Source: Macrostomum lignano (taxonomy: Eukaryota). From it: DNA of 41,312 nt. The stretch is from positions 1 to 41,312 of the forward strand of contig NIVC01004586.1 of assembly GCA_002269645.1 (NCBI GenBank), written 5' to 3'. Below are positions 1-11,678 of this stretch, in pieces. Numbering within the stretch: the first letter of the stretch is position 1; each line of letters opens with the position of its first letter. The notes beneath the pieces were generated by a model that ran no database searches, was not told the origin of the DNA, and saw only the letters and a list, made by a program, of their open reading frames with translations. Both the position numbers and the translations under genes were made by a program.

Positions 1-177
1 TTAAAGAAATTCTGGCTTAAAACTTAAAAATTAAACATTAAATTTCTGCCGAGATCTGCTGAGATTCGCCATTGATATTTCGTATCATCAATGACAGCAT
101 CCACTACTATAAAAAGCTTGAAACCAATTCATCTGCTTTAGGTATCGATTTTTCTGAGATCCAAGATTATAACGATC

Positions 178-995
178 ACAGCTTGTGAAGTTTCAAGCTT
201 GTGAAATTCGAACTGATAAAGTTTCGAGCTGATAAAATTTCGATCTGATAAAAATTCGAGCTGGTAAAGTTTCGAACTGATAAAGTTTCGAGCTTGTGAA
301 GTTTCGAACTGATAAAGTCTCGAGCTTGTGAAGTTTCGAACTGATAAAGTTTCGAGCTGATAACGTCTCGAGCTTGTGAAGTTTCGAACTGATAAAGTTC
401 GAGCTGATAAAGTCTCGAGCTTGTGAAGTTTCGAACTGATAAAGTTTCGAGCTGATAAAATTTCGAGCTGATAAAAGTTCGAGCTGGTAAAGTTTCGAAC
501 TGATAAAGTTTCGAGCTTGTGAAGTTTCGAACTGATAAAGTTTCGAGCTTGTGAAGTTTCGAACTGATAAAGTTTCGAGCTTGTGAAGTTTCGAACTGGT
601 AAAGTTTCGAGCTGATAAATTTCGAGCTGATAAAAGTTCGAGCTTGTGAAGTTTCGAACTGATAAAGTCTCGAGCTTGTGAAGTTTCGAACTGATAAAGT
701 TTCGAGCTTGTGAAGTTTCGAACTGGTAAAGTTTCGAGCTGATAAAATTTCGAGCTGATAAAAGTTCGAGCTTGTGAAGTTTCGAACTGATAAAGTCTCG
801 AGCTTGTGAAGTTTCGAACTGATAAAGTCTCGAGCTTGTGAAGTTTCGAACTGATAAAGTTTCGAGCTGATACAATTTCGAGCTGATAAAATTTCGAGCT
901 GATAAAATTTCGAGCTGATAAAATTTCGAGCTGATAAAAGTTCGAGCTTGTGAAGTTTCGAGCTTGTGAAGTTTCGAACTGATAAAGTTTCGAGT
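178..995. repeat. Minisatellite of 16-bp subunits (GAGCTTGTGAAGTTTC / GAACTGATAAAGTTTC / GAGCTGATAAAATTTC), often paired as 32-mers
   Basis: Directly visible tandem units. ORFs 138..875 and 176..1093 are translations of the repeat. Confidence 0.95.
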
Positions 996-1220
996 TTAGG
1001 AAACATCCGGATGAAAGACAATTTAATAATCAAATCGTTAAAAAATTTCTTCATTCTAAAAAAAGTATTTAAATGTCCTGAAGGTTGCGACAATTGTGTG
1101 AAACCAGGTTTTTAACCAATCTGTAAATTTCCTGTGCCTGCATGGCTGCTCCGTTCTGGCGCAAAAAAAGACTGTAAAAAATTAATCAGTTAAGTTCATT
1201 AACTACGAGTACGATGTTAA

Positions 1221-2097
1221 CTAAACTGGCAATAAATCTTCCAGACAGGACATCACAGACAGGACATCACAGGCGTGACTCGCCAGCATCGAGGCCCACA
1301 GTGTCACCTCGCCATTCACCGTGAAATCGTCGCCTTGTGACTGGTCGCCTTCACGGTCTTTAGACGAGCACAAACCAGCAAGCCAAGCGTCACTCGATGG
1401 TCGACAGCCTTCATGGCTACTACTAGCAGTAGCATCAGCAGCATTCGCTGATTGTTTAACAATTAGTTTAGAAGCCAGCTCGGGAACTGTGCCAGCTGAG
1501 TTGGGCAGCAAATTCAGCTCTTCAATAACCATCCAGATGTCCCACTTAGCAACTAAAGAAGCCGTGACTAAATCCGATCGGACAGAATCGCCAAAGTAGG
1601 CAATCTTTCTGGATTGAGTTTTATCATCACATTGTCCAAGAAATTTCAATTCAAATTCTTCCGCACAACCGCTGATGTAAGCTTTACCCCGACCGAATGG
1701 AAGGCGTTCGAAGCTTTCGTAGCTGCTGTAGTAACTAGCGAGCTTGAATAATACGATTTGGACTTTTCATAAAAAAGTTCGGCTTCCCAGCCTCCAACAG
1801 GCAGGCGTCGAATAAATCCGGCCAGTCCTGACCCAGAATGTGCTCAAGATGTCTGGCAGCGAACTGAGCCTCAGAGGATGATAATAAAAAGACATAAATG
1901 CCGCGTTGGCGAAGCTGTTTGAGCAGCACTCGAACTCCGGAGGTCACCGGGCACAGGTAAGCGCTGGGATTAGCTAATACATATTTAAAATAAGCGCCAT
2001 CATCTGAGTAGACGTGAAGCAAAGCTGAGTAGCAATCCTGCCAAAGGCTGCTGCAGTCAGTCAGTGGGGTGGTTCGATTCTCTTCTGCCAAGTCCAC
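1221..2097 (-). CDS. NT5DC1: NT5DC1-type HAD 5'-nucleotidase, exon 2, with an apparent +1 frameshift at about 1738-1770
   Basis: Acceptor caacag|GTG GAC at 2098/2097. Contains LLSSS (motif II), GKPNFF (motif III Lys) and, in the shifted frame, YISGCAEEF, IAYFGDSVRSD (motif IV), WDIWMVIEEL and LWASMLAS. These are colinear with human NT5DC1 as recalled (KPGFF, YSQGNA, VVYFGDSMHSD, WETVLILEEL). Confidence 0.88.
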
Positions 2098-2152
2098 CTG
2101 TTGATGAAGCCAACTTGCTTTTAGTAGAATATCAGCACGTATATGTAGCATC

Positions 2153-2185
2153 ATACTGTACTGCACTGTACTGTACTGTACTGCA
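2153..2185. repeat. Short (ACTGT)n microsatellite in the NT5DC1 intron
   Basis: actgtactgcactgtactgtactgtactgca. Confidence 0.8.
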
Positions 2186-2287
2186 ACCCACCTGGCCATT
2201 TTCATTTTTTTGTGCTCACAAAGCCCCAAATGAATGTGGCTGCGCAACCAGAGGTGGTCCTGGAGCCCCCCTCCTTCCCCAACGCAC

Positions 2288-2716
2288 CAATTTAGCGAAT
2301 ATCAAACTGCCAGGCAAGTCGTAGTGAGTATCCTGAAATCGATAGCGACCATCTCGTTCGTGTCGATAGCCGCTATTGAGAACGGCTTGAGCAAACGGCG
2401 GCCGACCGTCTGGCGGATAAGCCAATTTAGCGTCAAACTGTTTGCTGCCGTGACAAACTCTCAATGCTGCACCTGTGGGCGACATCAAAAGCAGATTGCC
2501 GCCTATTTTGTCTAAAATAGCGGCCCTACTCATTAAGCCGCACTCAACTGGCGATGACCAGTCAAGACTGCGCAGATGATTGGGATAGCCGCGATGCTTA
2601 ACTAAATAGTCTGCCAATTCAACGTAAGCTAGACTGACCAGATTGCGCAACTGATAACGGCCCAGCGTGAGATCGATGTCAAAACCGACTGCGTCGTAGT
2701 CAAACAGACGCTCCAT
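2288..2716 (-). CDS. NT5DC1: NT5DC1-type HAD 5'-nucleotidase, exon 1
   Basis: ATG at 2716. DAVGFDIDLTLGRY is HAD motif I (DxDxT). GNLLLM, RVCHGSK and HYDLPGSLIFAKL match the NT5DC1 pattern. Phase-0 donor TTG|GTGCGT at 2287; the 190-bp intron joins AKL|VD in frame. Confidence 0.92.
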
Positions 2717-2844
2717 ATTTATTTGGTGTTGTCTGACTAACCGACTAAACTGACGGAATCGGTGCTGAAAATAATAATAATAAATCGGAGTGCTAGTTGG
2801 TATCGAGATGAGATGAATATTTGAAATTTGTCATGATTCATGAC

Positions 2845-3622
2845 TTAGACTCTTAAGTGTTGGAATCATTAGTCTTAGTCTTAGTCTTAAATTCTTATTC
2901 GCAGACTCTTATTATTAGACTCTCAGTCTTAGACCCTTAGTCTTAGACCCAGTCTTATTTGTGTTTCAACAAACTTTCATCAGTCTTAGTCTAAGATTCT
3001 TAGTCTTAGACTCTTAGTCTTAGATTATTAGTCTTAGACTCTTAGTCTTAGATTCTTAGTCTTAGACTCTTAGTCTTAGATTCTTAGTCTTAGACTCTTA
3101 GTCTTACATTCTTAGTCTTATACCCTTAGTCTAAGATTCTTAGTCTTCGATTATTAGTCTTAGATTATTAGTCTTAGATTATTAGTCTTAGATTATTAGT
3201 CTTAGATTATTAGTCTTAGATTCTTAGTCTAAGATTCTTAGTCTTAGATTCTTAGTCTTAGACTCTTAGTCTTACATTCTTAGTCTTATACCCTTAGTCT
3301 AAGATTCTTAGTCTTCGATTATTAGTCTTAGATTATTAGTCTTAGATTATTAGTCTTAGATTATTAGTCTTAGATTCTTAGTCTTAGATTCTTAGTCTAA
3401 GATTCTTAGTCATAGATTCTTAGTCTTAGACTCTTAGTCTAAGATTCTTAGTCTTAGATTCTTAGTCTTAGACTCTTAGTCTTAGATTATTAGTCTCAGA
3501 CTCTTAGTCTTAGATTATTAGTCTTAGATTATTAGTCTTAGATTATTAGTCTTAGATTATTAGTCTTAGATTCTTAGTCTTAGATTCTTAGTCTTATACC
3601 CTTAGTCTTAGATTCTTAGTCT
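2845..3622. repeat. 14-bp minisatellite (TTAGTCTTAGATTC/ATTA and variants) between the divergent NT5DC1 and ZNRF3-like starts
   Basis: Directly visible tandem units built from two related 7-mers. Confidence 0.95.
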
Positions 3623-4222
3623 CATTTGTGTTTCAACAGGCTTTCATCATTTTCACTTCGTGAAATCCGCTCTATAGATAGATCTAAGAAATTAGCATTG
3701 GACATTACTGGTATTGGCATCTATATCTAAGAAAATCAGTATGCCAAATGACAAAAGTGATGTACAATGTAACCTTGATCTACAAAAAACTAAGTGCATA
3801 TCTATGATTCTTGAATTTTCATAAATTAACAAACGAATGGGTCATTTATTTCTTTAAAATATAGTTTCACCCAGCGGAGGGGCATAGATTACTAGTCTAT
3901 TATACTAATTAGACAGTAATATTAAAATACTAGGCATTACTTTGCATATACTTATCTACGTGCAAAATATCGGTCTCAAAACCCAATGGCCCGATTTCTA
4001 ACAGTTTAGAAAAGAATGACAAACATAGGGGGCAATTTAACGCCCAGCCTATAGCGCCTGGCCACTGAGCAATTTAGCAGTCAACAGCCAATGAGAAAAC
4101 GATACAGGCGCCATATGGAAGATGCAGTAAGTAGAGAAATGGGATCCTTATTTAATGAGCCATTCGAAAAATCCAACTGATAATGAAACAGAAGCTTTGA
4201 GGGAAAAAAAACAACCGTTAGA

Positions 4223-4456
4223 ATGGCAAAATCACCTGGCCTGCTATCAATTACAATCGCGCTGCTTGTGGTCAGCAGCGAACTAAAGATCACAGCACAG
4301 GGCTGGCAGTGGACTAGAGCCAATATTAGCGTGAGTATTCAGCAATCAGCTTTGCCACACGGCAAACAAGGCCAAGATAGGATTGTTCGACTAGCCGGAT
4401 TTTATGCTCCAAAGACGTCGAATGAAGCGTTCAACAGCAGTGGAAATCTGGTCAAG
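4223..4456 (+). CDS. ZNRF3/RNF43-like E3 ligase, exon 1 (signal peptide and start of PA ectodomain)
   Basis: ATG at 4223; hydrophobic LLSITIALLVVSS. RANISVSI..RLAGFY..SGNLVK parallels ZNRF3 AFVEVVL..LTGRF..EGEIVQ. Phase-0 donor AAG|GTGAGC at 4457. Confidence 0.72.
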
Positions 4457-4621
4457 GTGAGCCAAAAACGAGCTACAGGGTAAAAATGAAGATCGTGAGC
4501 TCTTTTTAAAAATAGATCGAAATATTTCTTATTCTGACAAATCGTTTCTTAAAAAGCTTAAGACTTCTGATCAAAAGTCGCATTAAATTAAAATGCCCCT
4601 GCCGAACAGTTATAAGGAACT

Positions 4622-6440
4622 AACTTGACAATTGTCAGTTAGTCTGTAAGATACCTGACCAAGAGTTGACAATTGTCAGTTAGTCTGTAAGATACCTGAC
4701 CAAGAGTTGACAATTGTCAGTTAGTCTGTAAGATATCTGACCAACAGTTGAAAATTGTCAGTTAGTCTGTAAGATACCTGACCAAGAGTTGACAATTGTC
4801 AGTTAGTCTGTAAGATATCTGACCAACAGTTGAAAATTGTCAGTTAGTCTGTAAGATATCTGACCAACAGTTGAAAATTGTCAGTTAGTCTGTAAGATAT
4901 CTGACCAACAGTTGAAAATTGTCAGTTAGTCTGTAAGATACCTGACCAAGAGTTGACAATTGTCAGTTAGTCGGTAAGATATCTGACCAACAGTTGACAA
5001 TTGTCAGTTAGTCGGTAAGATATCTGACCAACAGTTGACAATTGTCAGTTAGTCTGTAAGATACCTGACCAAGAGTTGACAATTGTCAGTTAGTCGGTAA
5101 GATATCTGACAAACAGTTGAAAATTGTCAGTTAGTCTGTAAGATATCTGACCAACAGTTGACAATTGTCAGTTAGTCGGTAAGATATCTGACAAACAGTT
5201 GAAAATTGTCAGTTAGTCTGTAAGATACCTGTCCAAGAGTTGACAATTGTCAGTTAGTCTGTAAGATACCTGACCAAGAGTTAACAATTGTCAGTTCGTC
5301 TGTAAGATACCTGACCAAGAGTTGACAATTGTCAGTTAGTCTGTAAGATATCTGACCAACAGTTGACAATTGTCAGTTAGTCGGTAAGATATCTGACCAA
5401 CAGTTGACAATTGTCAGTTAGTCGGTAAGATACCTGTCCAAGAGTTGACAATTGTCAGTTAGTCTGTAAGATACCTGACCAAGAGTTAACAATTGTCAGT
5501 TCGTCTGTAAGATACCTGACCAAGAGTTGACAATTGTCAGTTAGTCTGTAAGATACCTGACCAACAGTTGACGATTGTCAGTTAGTCTGTAAGATATCTG
5601 ACCAACAGTTGACAATTGTCAGTTAGTCGGTAAGATATCTGACAAACAGTTGAAAATTGTCAGTTAGTCTGTAAGATACCTGACCAAGAGTTAACAATTG
5701 TCAGTTCGTCTGTAAGATATCTGACCAACAGTTGACAATTGTCAGTTAGTCGGTAAGATACCTGACCAAGAGTTAACAATTGTCAGTTCGTCTGTAAGAT
5801 ATCTGACCAACAGTTGACAATTGTCAGTTAGTCGGTAAGATATCTGACAAACAGTTGAAAATTGTCAGTTAGTCTGTAAGATACCTGACCAAGAGTTGAC
5901 GATTGTCAGTTAGTCTGTAAGATATCTGACCAAGAGTTGACAATTGTCAGTTAGTCGGTAAGATATCTGACAAACAGTTGAAAATTGTCAGTTAGTCTGT
6001 AAGATACCTGACCAAGAGTTGACAATTGTCAGTTAGTCGGTAAGATATCTGACAAACAGTTGAAACTTGTCAGTTAGTCTGTAAGATACCTGACCAAGAG
6101 TTAACAATTGTCAGTTCGTCTGTAAGATATCTGACCAACAGTTGACAATTGTCAGTTAGTCTGTAAGATATCTGACCAACAGTTGACAATTGTCAGTTAG
6201 TCTGTAAGATATCTGACCAACAGTTGACAATTGTCAGTTAGTCTGTAAGATATCTTACCAACAGTTTACAATTGTCAGTTAGTCTGTAAGATATCTGACA
6301 AACAGTTGAAAATTGTCAGTTAGTCTGTAAGATACCTGACCAAGAGTTGACAATTGTCAGTTAGTCTGTAAGATACCTGACCAAGAGTTAACAATTGTCA
6401 GTTCGTCTGTAAGATATCTGACCAACAGTTGACAATCATC
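4622..6440. repeat. 41-bp satellite (GTTGACAATTGTCAGTTAGTCTGTAAGATACCTGACCAAGA), about 44 copies, in intron 1 of the ZNRF3-like gene
   Basis: Period measured from TTGAC at 4625 and 4666. Head-to-tail units with no unique spacers. Confidence 0.97.
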
Positions 6441-7394
6441 AGTTAAATTGTATTTGTAAGATAATAATTTATCGGGCACTGAGCTGACATGCTCACTTGT
6501 TAAAGTTGTTAGTATGTATCGAAATCAATAAAACACTGCAGAGGAGTGGCAGAAAGTCAGTTAATAATGCCTTGTGCTAACGATAGTAGGGAATAGAGCA
6601 ATATATAATGAATTGAACAGAACAATGGGTTTTGGAAAAGGAAAAATCAGATAGAATTTAATGGCATTGACGAAAATTCCCCTAAAAATTCTAAAAAGCC
6701 CCTATTAACTATCCTATAAGTCACTAATCAGTCACATTTATACCAAACCAAACCTGAAGTCTAACTGGGAAGAGATTTAAGGTAAAAAAATCAATACAAC
6801 AAAGGAGAATATTTCCAACCGGATCGACACCTGATACCTGAAAAGCAGCTTCCTATGAGGCAATGATTCTTTTAATAAGTGCTAGATTGATTGGATATGC
6901 AGTAAAGCATGCTATGCAGGATGCACAAGCTAGGAGTATAGAAAATCCAAGTACAATAAGTATCTTAAGCGTTGTTATCCACACAAATCGCTAAGATCGT
7001 TTCTGTTTACCAAAACTAGCATTGTGAAATATTCCATCTGTTTTTTTTCAGCTATTTCGGTATCAATAAATAAACCTTGGAACAAACTTTCAATAAATCA
7101 TCTTAAGGCTACTAGAACGGCGACTGTTCCTCAAACAGCAGCAGTGATAAACAGTTTTATAATTTTTATTAAAAAATTTTAATCAAACTAGGCAGCCGGT
7201 GACAAAGCAGGAAACGGGGGTAAGTTTTTATAGGAAATTAAAGACGGAAATTTGAATTACGAATCAAATTTTTGTAGCAAAGCAACAGACCCATGGGTTT
7301 CAGTGCTTCGTGTAGCAGGGTCGGTGATAGAGACAAGGCACGTGACGAGTAGGTAGGATCGACTTATGCACTATATAGCGAAAACAAGTATTGC

Positions 7395-7885
7395 TTTTGT
7401 CAGCCTAACTGAGAATAAAGCCATCCAAAGTGAGAATCCTGCCTACGCTGACTGCGAAGGGCCTGGCTGCGTGCAGCCTTAGTCTATGGGCCATAGACAA
7501 TAAAGGACAAGCAAAGTGATAAAAAGCCATCCAATGTGAGAATCGATTGGTCTATGCGTCGTATTGTTTTATTTTTATACCTTCTGAGCCATATGACTAG
7601 CCAATAGCTTGAACGGAATAACGGAAACAGGAACACACTGGATAATGTCTTTTTAAAACTTTGCTTGTCCTTTATAGTCTATGGCTCATAGACTAGGCTG
7701 GACGCAGCTAGGCCCTTCGTATTCAGCGTAGGCAGGATTCTCACATTGGATGGCTTTTTATCACTTTGCTTATCCTTTATAGTCTATGGCCCATAGACTA
7801 AGGCTGCACGCAGCCAGGCCCTTCGCAGTCAGCGTAGGCAGGATTCTCACTTTGGATGGCTTTATTCTCAGTTAGGCTGACAAAA
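7395..7885. mobile_element. Foldback/MITE-like element with 150-bp inverted arms (7395-7544 and 7736-7885) and an extra internal partial copy
   Basis: The arms are reverse complements with about 2 mismatches. Internal hairpin AGTCTATGG-N-CCATAGAC(T/A). 7659-7735 is a further diverged tandem copy of the right arm. Confidence 0.8.
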
Positions 7886-9429
7886 CCTATACTAAGCGAA
7901 CGTGAAATAAAGAAAAAATGGAAAGAGAATTGACAGCCTGACAGAACACGGAGCGCACAGGGCGAATTCGTATTCTCAAGCATCAACTACTTTTTTCTTA
8001 GAAATCAGCATTAACCACAGTATAGTCTGCAGCCTCCCGTTAGGCTACAGTATACAGCATGTCTGCTTTAAATTCTACTTAGCAAAAACACCAACGATGC
8101 AGGCAGATATAAATATATGAAGCATTGTTTTCAGTGCTTAAACAGGCTAGATAGGAAGGAAACAGACGGAATCAAAATGAGGCGAGAGAGTGAGTAATTG
8201 ACAGAGAAATTGAGAGAGAGATGGAGATAGACACAGGAAAGAGGGAAAGTTAGTTATAGCTGTCAATCATTCGATAAGCACCCTTGCCTCCAGAACACGG
8301 CCTCTATACATGGCCTGCCTGACTCAGCTAAAGAGACAAGCCTCTCAAACTGTTTCTTAGATAGTTGGAATCCATGTGATTGCGTCACTGCTTCTCCATT
8401 TTTCACAGCTACAGTCTCGTCAGCAGCAGAATCGATTATTAGGAAACTTATAACAGAGTCGACTTCAATTTCTACTCAACAATAAAAAACCCACCAGACG
8501 GCCATACTTATTGTGGGCCCCCTCCTCGGGGGGCGGGAGTAGCTACCTGTCAATCCTAGGAGAGAATGAGAGCACTGGGATTTCTGTTCACACTTGGCGT
8601 CAAGGCCCGACCCGCCCCAGAGAAGGAATTGAGAGTCCATTTTGAGTAAAAAGCGATGACGCATGACGACGCTGACTAGCAGTAGCAAAGTAGTTTACTC
8701 GTATTATTAAAGTTTTCAGCCAGCCCAGTGTTGGTGCTTAAAAATTTCAAACCCGCGCTACACTTAAATTCTACTCAGGTATAACAACGCGAGCAGAGCT
8801 GGGAGCGAGAGAAACCGGGAGAAAAATTAGGAAGAAAAAGAGAAAGTGACGCACACCACAGCGCTGGCTGTCTGTCTCTCACCCAATACAGCACAAGTGC
8901 TGGAGCAAGGTCGACTCCGCCCACTAGAATAGCCCTTCCTCCCGTGCAGCCCCAGCAGTTTTCGCTCTCAAGTCTTCTTCCCTGAAACCACCTTCCCCAC
9001 GTTTGCAGATTCACAATAGAATTGCCACACACACGCACACTCTTCACACCCAGGTGGCAGAAGCTCAACTCTCTTCCCCCTTTTCAATCCGTTCTGTCTG
9101 TCTCTCTGCCCCCCTTCCCCTCATTATTCCTCGCTTTCGCCTCCTCCGGTCATAACTTGTCAATCTCGCTTTAATAAGGCTATACCCACTCACCCTGTCT
9201 GCAACAAAATCTATATTTGGAGCTCTGGCTGCAGCCTCAATTAAGGTATTTTATGCAACCAAAACAGTCTAGTTATTTATCAGGTCATCCCGAAAAATTT
9301 CTGCAATTTTTCTTTGGCTTTAATATTAATATTAATAATTGATTACACCTGCGCGAATGCGCAGATGTGCAACCGACAGCTCATCTGAAGGTTGCGTACG
9401 GCTGTTCAGCCCAAGGACTGGGGAGTCGG

Positions 9430-9607
9430 CCACACACACCCTCAATTACCCCAGATAATGCTGACACCCATTTTACAGCTTGGGTGAACTGAAGCAATGC
9501 AGAGTTAATTATCTTGCGTAAGGACACAATTTGTTCTGAGTAGATCGAGAATCGAAACCCCGACCTTTCAGCCGAGTCCGGCGCTCTAGTCTCTAGGCTA
9601 CAATCCC
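9430..9607 (-). mobile_element. tRNA-derived SINE with CORE-like central domain (copy 1)
   Basis: The reverse complement aligns by eye with 34476-34644: degenerate B box GTTTCGATTCT, then TGCATTGCTTCAGTTCACCCA(A)GCTGTAAAATGGGTG and CTGGGGTAATTGAGGG. Confidence 0.8.
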
Positions 9608-10856
9608 ATCTTTGGCTTTGATAGCTCAAAAACTTTGGTTGAGTTTCACTTTATCTCTTTAGACATTTCTCAGTATCTGCTAGAAAAAGTTGCGACCTTT
9701 TTGAGTGAATTATATTGCATATTTTAATAGGCTTATAAACCTGCAGATAAGAATTCGAGCTCAGAAATGTTGGAAAAATTCTGAAATCAACAGTGCATAT
9801 ACTATAGCTTGTAAGAGAAAATAGCTTCTAGTTCTGCCATACAAATAGCTATTCATCGTTAAACTTCATCCTCTCCCACTAAGTTCATCTTTTTTGTTTA
9901 AAAACCAGGCAAAGGCAAATAATCGATACTCAACAGAGTAAAACAGGGAGCTGCATTAAACACCAGAGCAGCGCAATTAGTATAGAGAAATAGGAAGGAA
10001 ATATGCCAGGTATGGAGATGCGCGGTGAAATGACGATACACACACTAACGGGACGGGTTGTCTGTTTGAGATATAGTAAAAGTGAAAACGATATTCCCTG
10101 TCCGGTAAAATGGATGCATGGATAAACGGAACTAGCCGCATGGAAAGCTGAACAAGAAAAGTTTAGTCAATCTCTTTCCTGTTGACTTCATCCTGCTACA
10201 CTACACGCACTGTCAACTCAACTCCTATTGATTATAGCTAAGCTGTCTTCATTAGCAACAAAAGCGGTGCACCAGACTGCCCCATTTGATAGCTCAGTTG
10301 CCACGCCCTATCGATCCAAATCTGGAAATAGGCTCTGTAGTAGCTTATACCAACTAGTGAATTTTCATTTCGATTCTGCAAAATTTCATTCTATAAGAAC
10401 ATGAAATGCTAAGTAATTATGAAAGTAAATTAGGCCGATTAAATAAATGTCTACACAGAATTGAAACAAGGACAAATTTTCGAAGAAAGTTTCGGCTTTA
10501 GGAAAAATTAAAATTTGTAAATTTAATAAATGCCTGATGTTTACAAAAATTAAAGAAACAATAAAATTGGATGTCATATCAAAAGACGAGCATTTGATTC
10601 TGCTTTTAAAAGCAATCCAAATTTTGTACCGAGAAATTTCGGTATTGTATTTTTCGTACAGTGCTAGCCCTCAAGTATTTTTCCAGGAATTTAAGTTTTA
10701 TTTACGTTCTTAATTACTTGAAACCTACGTTCATGCCCAAGCCTCGTGACGTTGTTCTAAGCTTAGAACCTTGGTGACCACACATTTTTAAAATTAGTTT
10801 TGAAAGTTGCAAACTTGTAAAATACTTAATAAGTAGCCGAAAAAACCTTCTAACAG

Positions 10857-11060
10857 ATATTATCGCTGGGTCTGTGTCGCGAAGACACCGATCAACTGCA
10901 CCACGAGGCATGGATTGGCCTAGTCTATCCCAAAGAATCCGATTGGTTTGCGCCAAGCACCTGCAATCGACTGGCTGAGCAGACTCGGAGGGCGGCTAAA
11001 CGAGGCGCCGTTGGATTAGTGTTCGACGTGCGCAACGCTCACGGACACCTGCGAGAACAG
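10857..11060 (+). CDS. ZNRF3/RNF43-like E3 ligase, exon 2 (PA ectodomain core)
   Basis: Acceptor ctaacag| and donor CAG|GTAGAC; 204 nt, phase 0-0. Translates ILSLGLCREDTDQLHHEAWIGLVYPKESDWFAPSTCNRLAEQTRRAAKRGAVGLVFDVRNAHGHLREQ, matching ZNRF3 HPLGLC..YGWVGVV..C..KRAVQRGATAVIFDV. Not in the ORF track. Confidence 0.88.
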
Positions 11061-11152
11061 GTAGACTATATTTAGAATTCTGGTATGATGATATGCTACT
11101 TGAATTAGGATATCAGCATTAAACAAGGTCTTCTGAATTATTTATTCCACAG

Positions 11153-11430
11153 CTAATGGAAGCTGGCAAAGACCAAGAAGGCTTCAACATCACGGTGGCA
11201 ATAGTTGACTCAAGAGATGCAACAAATTTAGACCTGTTGGAGTCGCTGGATTTAGCAAAATACCACGCCAAGGTTGACATTCGACCAGCTTCAAGCGTCA
11301 AAAGTCGGTACAGTGGTCGCACTGGGAACCGAGGTCCGAAACCACTCGGGTGACATTCTACGCGGAGATTGCGGCCTTCCTACTGTTCTTTCTGGCCTTC
11401 TGCATCATCGGAATCGGGCTGCTAGTTAAG
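11153..11430 (+). CDS. ZNRF3/RNF43-like E3 ligase, exon 3 (end of PA domain and TM helix), apparent 1-nt deletion
   Basis: Acceptor ccacag|CTA ATG; LMEAGKDQEGFNITVAIVDSRDATNL..AKVDI. The -1 frame then gives RVTFYAEIAAFLLFFLAFCIIGIGLLVK ending at donor AAG|GTAGGA (11431). The exon is 278 nt, one short of a phase 0-0 exon. Confidence 0.82.
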
Positions 11431-11678
11431 GTAGGAGAAGCTTTATAATAATATTTGGCTCTAGTTGAATAAAACTTCAACAGACAGACGACAATTACAA
11501 AACACAATAGCACTAGTAAACACTCGTCTACACTTCAAACTTTGTCTTAATGCAGTAGACGTTGTTGACGACTGAACTTTAATAGCACGACTATTTTTGC
11601 CACGTATGTGGCTCATGATTGTTTTAGCCAAAAAGTTTATGTCCACTGTATATTGCCGGTAGCCATTTCTTTCTTCAG

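Noticed and set aside
138-1093. ORFs of 245 and 305 aa
   Set aside because: Translations of the 16/32-bp minisatellite, open in several frames with no domain.
4622-6440. CRISPR-like array (palindromic repeat of about 40 bp)
   Set aside because: Units are head-to-tail with no unique spacers, there are no cas genes, and the context is a eukaryotic intron.
11153-11280. ANF-receptor/class C GPCR ectodomain, including alternative frame RCNKFRPVGVAG
   Set aside because: Exon 2, the single TM and the RING-H2 identify a PA-TM-RING protein, and the alternative frame is bounded by stops.
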